DNA of 40,641 bases, from the NCBI GenBank assembly GCA_964619725.1, contig CAZUFC010000077.1:1-40641 (forward strand), in the 5' to 3' direction. This stretch comes from an uncultured bacterium (GTDB lineage Bacteria > CSSED10-310 > CAZUFC01). Below, in pieces: positions 1 to 8,964 of this stretch (position 1 is its first letter; every line of letters begins with the position of its first letter). The notes under the pieces were generated by a model. That model was not told the DNA's origin. It ran no database searches and saw nothing but the letters and a program-made list of their open reading frames with translations. Both the position numbers and the translations under genes were made by a program.

Positions 1-24
1 GAGCACGAAGGATTCAAACTGAGA

Positions 25-62
25 AATTGTAACCCTGACAGGGCCATTTTTGATCAGCGCCC
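25..62. repeat. Right end of dispersed repeat family A (partial, at window edge)
   Basis: AATTGTAACC-N12-TTTTTGATCAGCGCC matches the end motif of the copies ending near 11268, 17900, 22664 and 35176. Confidence 0.6.
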
Positions 63-123
63 AAGTTTATATTCTGGAGAATAGACGTATTCCCCGCTTT
101 GGCTGCCCCTAATTTTTTCCTTG

Positions 124-152
124 TTGATTTTATTATCTTTTTCTGTTATTTT
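124..152 (+). promoter_or_regulatory. Putative sigma70-type promoter for the histidine kinase
   Basis: TTGATT (124-129), 17-nt spacer, TATTTT (147-152) preceded by TGn; argues against the ORF-track start at 99. Confidence 0.4.
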
Positions 153-257
153 AATTTTGTTCAAAAGTTCGAGGAGGACAGAGTTGAGGCCAAGTTACGA
201 TCACATTATCTGAAAAGCGCTGTTATTGACGAAATTTCGGAATTGGAGGGAAAAATC

Positions 258-1883
258 ATGCTGCAAAGGCTGCTGAACCGGGTTCGTCTTCGTTACCAGT
301 ATGCAGTAGCGACCGGCTTGCTGATAGTCATCGTCTCCGGGATTATCATCGGCCTCAGCTACCGGAAGCTCAGTCGCGAGTTATCAGAAGAAATAGACCG
401 ACAGCTTTTCATGGCTGCCATTCTTGAGGAGCGGGTTCCTCCCGGCGACGAACAGTTTTTCGATAGTCTGGACGGTCCGGGCTCTATCTCCCCGGAAGAC
501 TATGATCGACTCATCGTTGCTGAAAATAATCGACTCTGCAGGCGCCTCGGTCTGCAATACCTGTGGAGTTGCATGCAAGTCGGAGATGAAATCGTTTTCA
601 CGACATCCACGTCACCGAGTCATGACTTAACCAGGGGTGATCATGCAAAATTCTGGGAGGTACACAGTGATCCGGCGGCTTTCGATTTAGTTTTCGGCGA
701 AGAGAGGGTCGACTACAGTTCATTCAGGAATGAGTGGGGATACGGGCGAATGGCGCTGGTTCCCAGGCGTGATGCAAAGGGCCGGAAATACTGCCTGGGC
801 GCAAGCATAAGCGTAAACGACGTCATGCTGACGCTTCAACGTCATTTGCGCAACAGTTTAGCGCTTTCCGGGACAGTCCTCATCATCGGTGTTCTGTTTG
901 TAATTTTCGTTTCTACAAGGCTTTCCAGGCCATTGGAGGAACTGACCGATGCCGCCGGGAGCATCGCGGGGGGAAATCTGAACCGGACAGTCGACATCGG
1001 CGGCAGCTCGGAACTGCTCTCACTTTCCGAGAGCATCGAACGTATGACGGATTCGATCAGGGAGAAGATAACCGCTCTTGAAGGAGAAATACGGGAGCGG
1101 ATAAAAGCGGAAAGAGAGCTTAAGGACTATCGTGACCGCCTGGAAGATATCGTACGGGAGAGAACCGCTGATCTCGAACGTTCCAATAAAGAACTGGAAC
1201 AGTTCGCTTACATGGCTTCTCATGATTTAAAGGAACCCCTTCGGACGGTGGGGAGTTTCGTCCAGATCCTTGAACGAAAATACAAAGGCAAACTCGACGA
1301 CGAGGCGGATAAATACATAAGCTATGCGGTTGATGGAGTGTTCCGCATGCAGCGGTTGATCAACGATCTGCTCGATTACTCCAGGATATCGACCCGTGCC
1401 GGAGATTTCGGGCCAGTCGATTGCGGTAAAGCGGTGGAATGCGCTCTGCAAGACCTGACGAAAGCTATCGAAGAAACCTCGGCGCAGGTGTCGTATGATG
1501 AATTGCCGGATGTTTGGGGGGATCAGTCTCAACTCTGCGATCTTTTCCAGAATTTAACAGCCAATGCGATTAAATTCTGCGATGAAGCAATCCCAAAAAT
1601 AAACATTTCGGCAGAAAAAGAGAACGAGATGTGGATTTTCGCGGTAAGCGACAATGGAATTGGAATTGAACCGGAGCATGCGGATCGCATATTTTCCTTA
1701 TTCGAGCGGTTGCACAAAGACAAGTATCAGTCAGGAACAGGAATCGGGCTTGCCGTCTGCAAGCGAATAGTGGATCGGCACGGCGGGGAAATATGGGTTG
1801 AATCGGAACCCGGCAGGGGCTCGACTTTTTATTTTACCATTCCTGGAACAGAAAAAGGAGATCAACCTGCGGGGCAGGGATGA
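258..1883 (+). CDS. Membrane sensor histidine kinase (2 TM, periplasmic sensor, HAMP, HisKA, HATPase_c)
   Basis: H-box ASHDLKEPL, N-box NLTANAIKF, G1 DNGIGI, G2 GTGIGLA, HAMP SRPLEEL; ATG 258 with RBS GGAGGG at 245-250. Confidence 0.93.
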   Translation: MLQRLLNRVRLRYQYAVATGLLIVIVSGIIIGLSYRKLSRELSEEIDRQLFMAAILEERVPPGDEQFFDSLDGPGSISPEDYDRLIVAENNRLCRRLGLQYLWSCMQVGDEIVFTTSTSPSHDLTRGDHAKFWEVHSDPAAFDLVFGEERVDYSSFRNEWGYGRMALVPRRDAKGRKYCLGASISVNDVMLTLQRHLRNSLALSGTVLIIGVLFVIFVSTRLSRPLEELTDAAGSIAGGNLNRTVDIGGSSELLSLSESIERMTDSIREKITALEGEIRERIKAERELKDYRDRLEDIVRERTADLERSNKELEQFAYMASHDLKEPLRTVGSFVQILERKYKGKLDDEADKYISYAVDGVFRMQRLINDLLDYSRISTRAGDFGPVDCGKAVECALQDLTKAIEETSAQVSYDELPDVWGDQSQLCDLFQNLTANAIKFCDEAIPKINISAEKENEMWIFAVSDNGIGIEPEHADRIFSLFERLHKDKYQSGTGIGLAVCKRIVDRHGGEIWVESEPGRGSTFYFTIPGTEKGDQPAGQG

Positions 1884-1963
1884 AAAAGGCTAAAAAAGGA
1901 AGGATTAAGCAGACCAAATGCGATTCAAAGTCCAACCGGTGAAAAATCAATCGGAAACTCACT

Positions 1964-2971
1964 TTACGGATACGCCCACCCGAAGGTCGTCCAGTCGTAT
2001 TCGCCTGAGATATCTGAGAAGTCTTCAGTAAGGATGGCTCCGTAGAAAATCAAGCCGTCTGCGGAGCTATGTTCATTCGGCCATTGAAAATTCAGAATTG
2101 TCTTTTGCATTATCGTTTCGCCCAGGGTTTCGATATTTTCCCAATTGAAATTTTCCGTCCAGTCCGGTCGCCAGAAATATAACCCATATGCGTCGAGAAG
2201 GATTACAAAGGGAACATTAACGTAAGTTTCCGGGCCGGGATTTGAGATGTAAGCTTCAAGGAGAAAAATATCGCCGGGCCGGAATATTGACTGCGAAAGA
2301 ACAATGTCGACGCCCAGGGGCGGAATTCCTGTCGTGGGCGTGGGCGGCGGCGTAGGCGCTTCAGTGGGCGCCGGCGTCGGACTCGTCGCTGGAGGATCGA
2401 AATCAATGGTGAGATGAGGCCGGTAACTTATTTCGCTCCACTCGCGGGCAAAGAAGTAGGCGTAGCACTCTCCGGATGAATTCACCTGTGTGAGTTGAAA
2501 GCCATGGTTGTCCCATTCGCCTGAAATCCAATCAGCCACATATGACGTGACATCGACGGATATCCATTCCGAAGAAACGGGCCAGTCTATTGTAACGGAG
2601 TTGCCGAATGGAGGACACGTATGATAGTTCACTGTATTCTCTTCCCAATCATCGCTGACCCTGCCGCAGTGCAACTGGGATGAAGCGGAACCATAAAATA
2701 TATGACACCATGCCCCGAAAACAGCAGAAGTAATCGTTGAATTATCAGGAATAGCCGATAAATCAAAACGAACCAGTGATTTGTAGTAGGTACCGCCTGA
2801 ATCGACGATACCCGCCAGCAACCTGTCCCATCCCCCGAAATTCGTAAACGGTTCATCAGAATATACGAACGCATCCGCTGACGGTTCCAGGGTGATTACA
2901 TCAGCCTGAGCTGTGGACAGATAAATACTCATAAAGGCCAAAAACACTACTGATGCTTTGTTGATGTTCAT
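1964..2971 (-). CDS. Secreted DNRLRE-like domain protein with Pro/Thr linker and ~115-aa C-terminal module
   Basis: Signal peptide ending AQA; ADAFV..TNFG, SLVRFDLSAIP..ITSA, WEE..V, DVTSYV..W...NHGF, RPHL motifs; PT-rich linker; RBS GGAGGTGGAG upstream. Confidence 0.75.
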   Translation of the reverse strand: MNINKASVVFLAFMSIYLSTAQADVITLEPSADAFVYSDEPFTNFGGWDRLLAGIVDSGGTYYKSLVRFDLSAIPDNSTITSAVFGAWCHIFYGSASSQLHCGRVSDDWEENTVNYHTCPPFGNSVTIDWPVSSEWISVDVTSYVADWISGEWDNHGFQLTQVNSSGECYAYFFAREWSEISYRPHLTIDFDPPATSPTPAPTEAPTPPPTPTTGIPPLGVDIVLSQSIFRPGDIFLLEAYISNPGPETYVNVPFVILLDAYGLYFWRPDWTENFNWENIETLGETIMQKTILNFQWPNEHSSADGLIFYGAILTEDFSDISGEYDWTTFGWAYP

Positions 2972-3409
2972 TCTCCACCTCCCGGATTTTTATGCATCGT
3001 TTCCTCCCGGTCTGATTGACTTTATCATAATACAACAGAGCGTGTCGAAAATCAATGTGTGCTGTCTTCAGCGGACGCTGCAGAAGTTGCAATGATTGGG
3101 AGACAGGTCTGTCTGTAAAACATGGAAAACGGATGATCAAAAATACTTGTATTCAAAAAGGGTCTCTGGTAAAAATGGGGGAGTCAGGTTGGAGTTGAAC
3201 AGGCATAATAAAAAGACTGGTTAAACCGCATGAAAAACTGAGGAGCGAATGAATGAAATACTTGAGGGTAGCATCATCATTTTTTTGAGTTTTAAATTTT
3301 TTAAGCGGAATAAGCGCTTCAGCATCTACCAGTTGAAATATAAGTTACAATAGTGATTATCAAATGCTATTCATCGAAGGGAGATAAAATTAGCGAAAAT
3401 ATATCAAAT

Positions 3410-3997
3410 GAACATGCACTAACGCATTTCCCCAAATCAATTCGTGCAAAGCAGCTTAGAGGTCTTGCGTTACGTTGAATGAAGAAATATCAGAAAGCCA
3501 TCGATGTGTTGTCGGAACTCAAAGTCGCCGGTCACCAGGACCCTGAGACGTTGGGAATACTTGCAGCCGCGTGGGACGGACGATACCGGGAATCAGGCAG
3601 GGAAATTCATCTCCGAAAATCACGCGATTTGTATCTTACTGTTTTCCAGGGCGATCCCAGGGACTATTACACGGGTATTAACGCAGCATCAAAATCTCTT
3701 TTCCTCGGCGAATCAGAACAAGCCGCCGGGCTCGCTTCAGAAGTTTTGCCGCTGGTTGAGCGCGCAGACGATGGTGAGGATTTCTGGGCCGGCTGTAATT
3801 TGGGTGAAGTATATCTTCTGCAGGGTGAATTCGAGCGTGCTGCAGCACAATATCAGAAAGTCATCGACAAACATCCGGCAAAAGTCGGTGGCCTTGAAGG
3901 AACGAAGCTGCAAGCAGAGAGAATATGCGTAGCGCGTGGAGTCCCGGAAGAAGTTATGAAAGAGACGTTAGCTCCCTTCGAGTTGCTTAGTGACTGA
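3410..3997 (+). pseudogene. 5'-truncated TPR (TRAF-binding/DUF4071-like) protein remnant with an in-frame stop
   Basis: Frame of ORF 3479-3997 continues upstream as EHALTHFPKSIRAKQLRGLALR*MKKYQ (TGA at 3476-3478); motifs DPETLGIL, DYYTGINAA, FWAGCNLGE. Confidence 0.65.
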
Positions 3998-4097
3998 GCT
4001 CAACCGGCATTTTTGGCATCGGTATCGGTGTCGCAATCGGACATTCAATATAGAGAACGATCCCGACTGAATGCTTACGTCAGGTTTGCAGAAAAGT

Positions 4098-4270
4098 GGG
4101 CATTGAGCAAAAATGCCTTTTTTGAGGTTACAATTCTACAGAATATCTGATCATTTTGTTTCGATCCCGATGCCGATCCCGATCCCGATGCCGACTCCGA
4201 TCCCGATGCCGACTCCGATCCCTATCCCGAAACAAACGGCTCTTGATGAAATAACAGCGGTGAGTACTTC
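4098..4270 (-). repeat. Family A dispersed repeat with expanded hexamer tract (CCGATC/CCGATG/CCGACT, ~4162-4230)
   Basis: Reverse complement aligns with 11120-11268, 22492-22664 and 35033-35176 (GTTTGTTTC...ATCGAAACAAAATGA...AATTGTAAC...TTTTG(A/C)TCAATGC). Confidence 0.8.
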
Positions 4271-4319
4271 AAACAGACAGTTGTGGGTCAGGAGCGGTTT
4301 CTTGTGGGGATTTCAATCA

Positions 4320-4396
4320 GGCAATTTTTTTGACGAGTTGTAATGCAATAAATCAAATTGTTTCAATAGATTAGGATATCCTTGTCAAGAGTTCTG
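4320..4396. repeat. Partial family C element (right end)
   Basis: Ends in TTGTCAAGAGTTCTG like the copies ending at 30224 and 32258, with a similar preceding AT-rich stretch; left end not found. Confidence 0.6.
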
Positions 4397-4416
4397 ATTT
4401 TAAGAAAATTATTGAA

Positions 4417-7400
4417 TCACCCTAGTTTTGCTGTTTTGAATTTGTTTTCAATCCAACTGTAAGCGGCTGGAATGACGAAGAGTGTGAGGATGGTGGATGA
4501 TGTGAGTCCGAAGACGACGACTGCCGCCAGGGGTCTTTGCACATCCGCTCCGATACCTTGTGCTAGGAGGAGCGGCAGCAGGCCGAGGACGGTTGTGACG
4601 GTAGTCATGATAACCGGCCGCAGGCGGAGTTGCCCGCCTTCGAGGATCGCATCATCTATGGATACTCCTTTTTTGCGCAGGTCGTTGAAGTATGTGACCA
4701 GGACCATCCCGTCCTGCATGGCTATGCCGAAGAGGGCAATGAATCCAACGGATGCCGGAACGGACAGATATTCTCCGGTGACCAGCAGTCCCAGGACGCC
4801 TCCTATCAGTGAGAGGGGAACGTTAACGATAATGATCATTGCGTAGCGAATCGATCCGAATGTAATCCAGAGCATTACGAACACCAACGCAATGACTGCG
4901 GGGACTATAATCGACAGTCTTTTCATGGCGCGTTCCTGGTTTTCAAATTGTCCGCCGTATTCCACCCAGTATCCTGAAGGTATATCGACTTTTTCATTAA
5001 TAATTTCACGAATGTCGGCTACAACTCCGCCCAGGTCGCGACCGCGTATATTGCCCTGGACGATCCATCGGCGCTGGTTCTTTTCGCGGTTTATCTGAAC
5101 CGGCCCTGTGACCGATTCGACGTCTGCTGCTCTTGAGAGGGGAACGCGTCCGCCTTTATCGGTCGGAATGAGGATGTTGCGAACAGCTTCGGGGTCTGAG
5201 CGGTATTCCTCCTGATAGCGTATGTGGATGCCGAAACGCCTTGTATTGATGTATATGTCGTCTATTACTTCACCTCCAACAGCCAACTCGACAATTTCCA
5301 GAATCTCATCCACTGCGACCCCGTAACGCGCGCAGGCCGCCCGGTCCGCAATGATCTGAACTTGGGGCTGTCCGAAACTCTGTTCGACGGACAGATCGAC
5401 CAATCCGGGTACGCCGGCGACGGCCTTTCGGATTTCTTCGGCTTTCTGCCTGAGAATATCCAGGTTTTCACCGAATATTTTTATCGCCAATTGGGCTTTA
5501 ATACCTGATAGCAATTCATCGAAGGCGTTTTGTATGGGTTGAGTAAAGTTCATTTGAACTCCGGGGAAGTTGGAGAGCTTCGCATTCAATTGTTCGATCA
5601 AGTCTTTTTTATCTTCAGTGGATTCCCACATTTTAAAGGGTTTGAGTTCAATATGAATTTCAGCGTAGTTAACAGGATGGGGGTGACTTCCGGCTTCGGG
5701 ACGGCCTATTCTTGAAACGGTTTCTTCAACTTCGTCGAATTCCATTATTTTGCGTTCCATATTCATGATCAGATCGACGCCTTTTTCCAGGGATATGGAC
5801 GGCGCCATGGCGACTCCGATCATGATGGAGCCTTCTTCCAGCGTGGGAATAAATTCCGCGCCCAGGAAAGGAATGAGGGCCAGGCAGAGAGCAAACAAGG
5901 CGAATGCGACGGATACGACGAGGCGTTTATGACGAAGGGTTTTTTTCAGCAGAGGATTATAGAATGAGCGGATTGCTTTCATAAGTTTCAATTCTTTGTG
6001 AGGAGCGTGTTTGAGCAGGAACAGGGACAGGACTGGAGCGGCGATTAAAGCGACCAGAACTGCACCGACCAGGGCGAAGGCTATGGTGAAGGCGACAGGA
6101 GAGAACATTTTTCCTTCAACGCCCTGGAGGGTAAAAATCGGCAGGAAGACGGCGATGATGATAGCAATGGAAAAAACGATGGGGCGGTTTACTTCTTTAG
6201 CAGCTTCCAGGATTATTTTCTTTTTAGGCGCCTGTTGGTTTTCCGGCAGGCCCAGGTGACGAAAAATGTTTTCAGCCATAACGATGGTTCCGTCTACCAG
6301 CAATCCGATAGCGATGGCTATGCCTCCGAGAGACATCAGGTTGGCGGAAAGTCCGCCGAGGCCCATAAAAATAACGGCGACCAGGGCGCAAACAGGCAGA
6401 GAAACGACGACGATAGCGGCTGTCCTCAGGTTTCCCAGGAAAAGGAGCAGGGTTATCGTGACGAGGACCGCTCCTTCCAGAAGCGCTTTTTTTACGGTAC
6501 CGACGGCTTTATTCACTAGTTCTGCCTGTTCATAGTAGGGTACAAGTTCCACTCCGGGGGGCAGCGATTTTTTAACTTCATCGACTTTATCGTACAGTCT
6601 TCCAATAACATCTGAAGTATTTTCTCCGAAGAGCTTTAACACAATGCCGGAGACGACTTCATTCTGACCGTTCAGGGTTACGACGCCCCTCCGTATTTCG
6701 TTGCCGTATTGCACATCAGCCACATCGGAGATAAAGACCGGCTTGCCGTTCTCTTCTTTGACGGCGATGTTTCGTATATCTTCCAGGCTTTCAACAAGAC
6801 CCAGGCCGCGAACGAGCCATTCCTCTGATCCTAGAACGAGGAATTGTCCCCCGACATTTCTGTTGTTCCGGTTGACGGCATCCTTCAGGTCCAAGAGGGT
6901 CAGTTCATATTTCCAGAGGGCATTGGGATCGACCCGGATTTGATACTGAAGCACGTGACCGCCTATGGATAGAATATCGGTCACGCCGGGGACGGTTTGC
7001 AACTGGAATTTAACCAGCCAGTCGTTCAGTTCTCTGAGATAGGTATTGGGGTCTTTGCCGCCGGTATCCACAGAATCGTCCATCGTCAGATAATAGAGGA
7101 AAATTTGCCCCAGTCCGGTTGAAATAGGTCCCAGGGATGGGGGTTCGTGCATTTCGGGCAGTTCGGGCAAAACGCCCGCTAGCCGTTCGGCGACCAACCG
7201 GCGGGCAAAATATATATCGACGTCGTCTCTGAAATAGACGTAAATGACCGCCAAACCGAACGCCGAGGTGGATTTGATCTGTGTTACGCCGGGCAGTCCG
7301 TTCATGGCCGATTCCACGGGATAAGCGATAAGGCGTTCTACTTCTTCGGGGGCCATGCCGTGAGCTTCAGCAAATACGGGGACCATGATCGGCGAAATAT

Positions 7401-7521
7401 CAGGAAAAGCATCCACAGGCATTTCCAGGTATTGATGGACGCCTGTTCCTATTATAGCTAATAAAGCTAACACGACCAGCGCGGGAAATTTCAATGCATA
7501 TTCAACTGCTCTGTTTATCAT
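4417..7521 (-). CDS. czcA: CzcA/CusA family heavy-metal efflux RND permease
   Basis: 1034 aa; VDAFPDI, APEEVERLI, SLGPISTGLG, NLMSLGG, RLRPVIMT, QRPLAAVV motifs; substrate metal uncertain. Confidence 0.93.
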   Translation of the reverse strand: MINRAVEYALKFPALVVLALLAIIGTGVHQYLEMPVDAFPDISPIMVPVFAEAHGMAPEEVERLIAYPVESAMNGLPGVTQIKSTSAFGLAVIYVYFRDDVDIYFARRLVAERLAGVLPELPEMHEPPSLGPISTGLGQIFLYYLTMDDSVDTGGKDPNTYLRELNDWLVKFQLQTVPGVTDILSIGGHVLQYQIRVDPNALWKYELTLLDLKDAVNRNNRNVGGQFLVLGSEEWLVRGLGLVESLEDIRNIAVKEENGKPVFISDVADVQYGNEIRRGVVTLNGQNEVVSGIVLKLFGENTSDVIGRLYDKVDEVKKSLPPGVELVPYYEQAELVNKAVGTVKKALLEGAVLVTITLLLFLGNLRTAAIVVVSLPVCALVAVIFMGLGGLSANLMSLGGIAIAIGLLVDGTIVMAENIFRHLGLPENQQAPKKKIILEAAKEVNRPIVFSIAIIIAVFLPIFTLQGVEGKMFSPVAFTIAFALVGAVLVALIAAPVLSLFLLKHAPHKELKLMKAIRSFYNPLLKKTLRHKRLVVSVAFALFALCLALIPFLGAEFIPTLEEGSIMIGVAMAPSISLEKGVDLIMNMERKIMEFDEVEETVSRIGRPEAGSHPHPVNYAEIHIELKPFKMWESTEDKKDLIEQLNAKLSNFPGVQMNFTQPIQNAFDELLSGIKAQLAIKIFGENLDILRQKAEEIRKAVAGVPGLVDLSVEQSFGQPQVQIIADRAACARYGVAVDEILEIVELAVGGEVIDDIYINTRRFGIHIRYQEEYRSDPEAVRNILIPTDKGGRVPLSRAADVESVTGPVQINREKNQRRWIVQGNIRGRDLGGVVADIREIINEKVDIPSGYWVEYGGQFENQERAMKRLSIIVPAVIALVFVMLWITFGSIRYAMIIIVNVPLSLIGGVLGLLVTGEYLSVPASVGFIALFGIAMQDGMVLVTYFNDLRKKGVSIDDAILEGGQLRLRPVIMTTVTTVLGLLPLLLAQGIGADVQRPLAAVVVFGLTSSTILTLFVIPAAYSWIENKFKTAKLG

Positions 7522-7536
7522 CTGTCGCTCCTTTTA

Positions 7537-8964
7537 TCAGTGTCCGTGCCCGGCATGCGGGTCCATGCCGCTGGTTATGACTGCAGCTTTAAGATTGAAT
7601 GCCCCTTTTGCGACATAACGCATTCCGGCCTCGATTCCATCAAGTATTTCCACCTTTTTACGATCCGACCGCCCGGTTTTAACCGGTTTGATCACGTATT
7701 CGCCTTCCTGTCCGATAAAAACCGCTTTTTCACCTTCAAAAACCTGCACAGCGTCCTTTTTAACTGTTACAGGAGCTTCTTCTCCGGATATACTGATATG
7801 GCCCGTTACAAAAGTTCCCGGTCGCCAGTATCCTTCCTTATTGTCTATGACTATTCGAGTTGCAGCGGTTCTCGTCGATCTGTCGGCGAAAGGGGTAATT
7901 ATGGAAATATTGCCCCTGGCGACATGTGCGGCGTAATCCGAGCGTATTTCCACTTCCTGTCCTATCTTAAGCGCATGCAGGTCTTTCAGATATACCGTCA
8001 GATCGACCCATACCGAACTCAGGTCCACGACGGCGTATATTTCGCTGTTTTCTTCCAGGCTTTCTCCCAGAGAAATATTCTTTTCTATAACTGTTCCATC
8101 TATCGGCGCTCTTATCTCATACCGTGTGAAGGTCGTAAAATGCTTATCCGCTAATCCTTCAATATATTTTTCAGAGAATCCCAGAAAAGAGAGTTTCTGT
8201 TTAGCCGAATTCAATTGTATGCGGGATTCGATCATTGCCTGACGGGCATCCAGATAATCCTGCTCAGAAGTTATTTTCTTTTTCATCAAAGATTCTTCGC
8301 GCTGAAAAATGGTTTCCGTCAGCGCCGCCCGTTCACGGGCCGCCAGGTAATCAGCCTTCATATCGGCTAATCCGCGACTATCGATCTCCGCTATTACCTC
8401 CCCGGCACGGACGGTATCTCCTACGTTTTTAGTCGTTTTAAGCACGATTCCGGCAACTCTAGAGGCAATATGCACCAGCCGGTTCTGGTCTGCTGTGATT
8501 TCACCGGGTAAAACCACTGAATGGTTCAATCGTCCAGGCCCCGCTCTTTCCATCTCAATACCGAAATGCTCCTCCTGTTCCCGGGTTAAATTAATTCCTG
8601 CTTCTTCATGACTATCTTCCGAATGATGTTCATGATCGACCACATGATCCTCACAGGATTCCACGTCATGATTGTGAGGCATTCGGGCATCCTCCCGGTC
8701 CGAATCGTGCGCGTGATGTTCGCCTTCATCATCATGGGCATGCTCTTCTGTATCGGCTTCCTGTATATGAACGCCTTCGGAAGATTCTGCATCATGATCA
8801 TGCGGTTCTTGCGCATGAGTGTAACTTTCACCCTGATGTTCGTGAAGATGTTCCTCTTCACCCGCAGCTTTCCTGACGAGTTGCAGTTGCATTGAGACAA
8901 ATATGACAGCGAAAACAAGAATCGCAACAGCGTTGACGATATGATTTCGGTGATTCAATTTCAT
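7537..8964 (-). CDS. czcB: CzcB-like RND periplasmic adaptor with long His/acidic N-terminal region
   Basis: IRAPIDGTVIEK, DLSSVWVD, GYWRPGTFV, VKTGRSD motifs; 19 His in ~86 aa after the TM; C-terminal PHAGHGH; start overlaps the czcC stop. Confidence 0.9.
   Translation of the reverse strand: MKLNHRNHIVNAVAILVFAVIFVSMQLQLVRKAAGEEEHLHEHQGESYTHAQEPHDHDAESSEGVHIQEADTEEHAHDDEGEHHAHDSDREDARMPHNHDVESCEDHVVDHEHHSEDSHEEAGINLTREQEEHFGIEMERAGPGRLNHSVVLPGEITADQNRLVHIASRVAGIVLKTTKNVGDTVRAGEVIAEIDSRGLADMKADYLAARERAALTETIFQREESLMKKKITSEQDYLDARQAMIESRIQLNSAKQKLSFLGFSEKYIEGLADKHFTTFTRYEIRAPIDGTVIEKNISLGESLEENSEIYAVVDLSSVWVDLTVYLKDLHALKIGQEVEIRSDYAAHVARGNISIITPFADRSTRTAATRIVIDNKEGYWRPGTFVTGHISISGEEAPVTVKKDAVQVFEGEKAVFIGQEGEYVIKPVKTGRSDRKKVEILDGIEAGMRYVAKGAFNLKAAVITSGMDPHAGHGH

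Noticed and set aside
99-257. N-terminal extension of the kinase in the ORF track (similarly 18586, 25143, 28361, 39000, 11095 starts)
   Set aside because: Downstream starts have better RBSs and give proper signal or TM N-termini without long overlaps
3253-3478. TGA recoding (in-frame TGA in a signal-peptide-like relic starting at 3253 and in the TPR remnant)
   Set aside because: Intact genes here (kinase, czcA, czcB, czcC) end in TGA at their expected termini, so these are ordinary nonsense lesions
4162-4230. Possible CRISPR array
   Set aside because: Tandem hexamers with no unique spacers and no cas genes
4113-4343. ORF with IPMPIPIPMPTP repeats (also DFDYDPDTDTDSD ORFs at 22404-22732)
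   Set aside because: Translations of the family A hexamer tract; the frame is not conserved between copies
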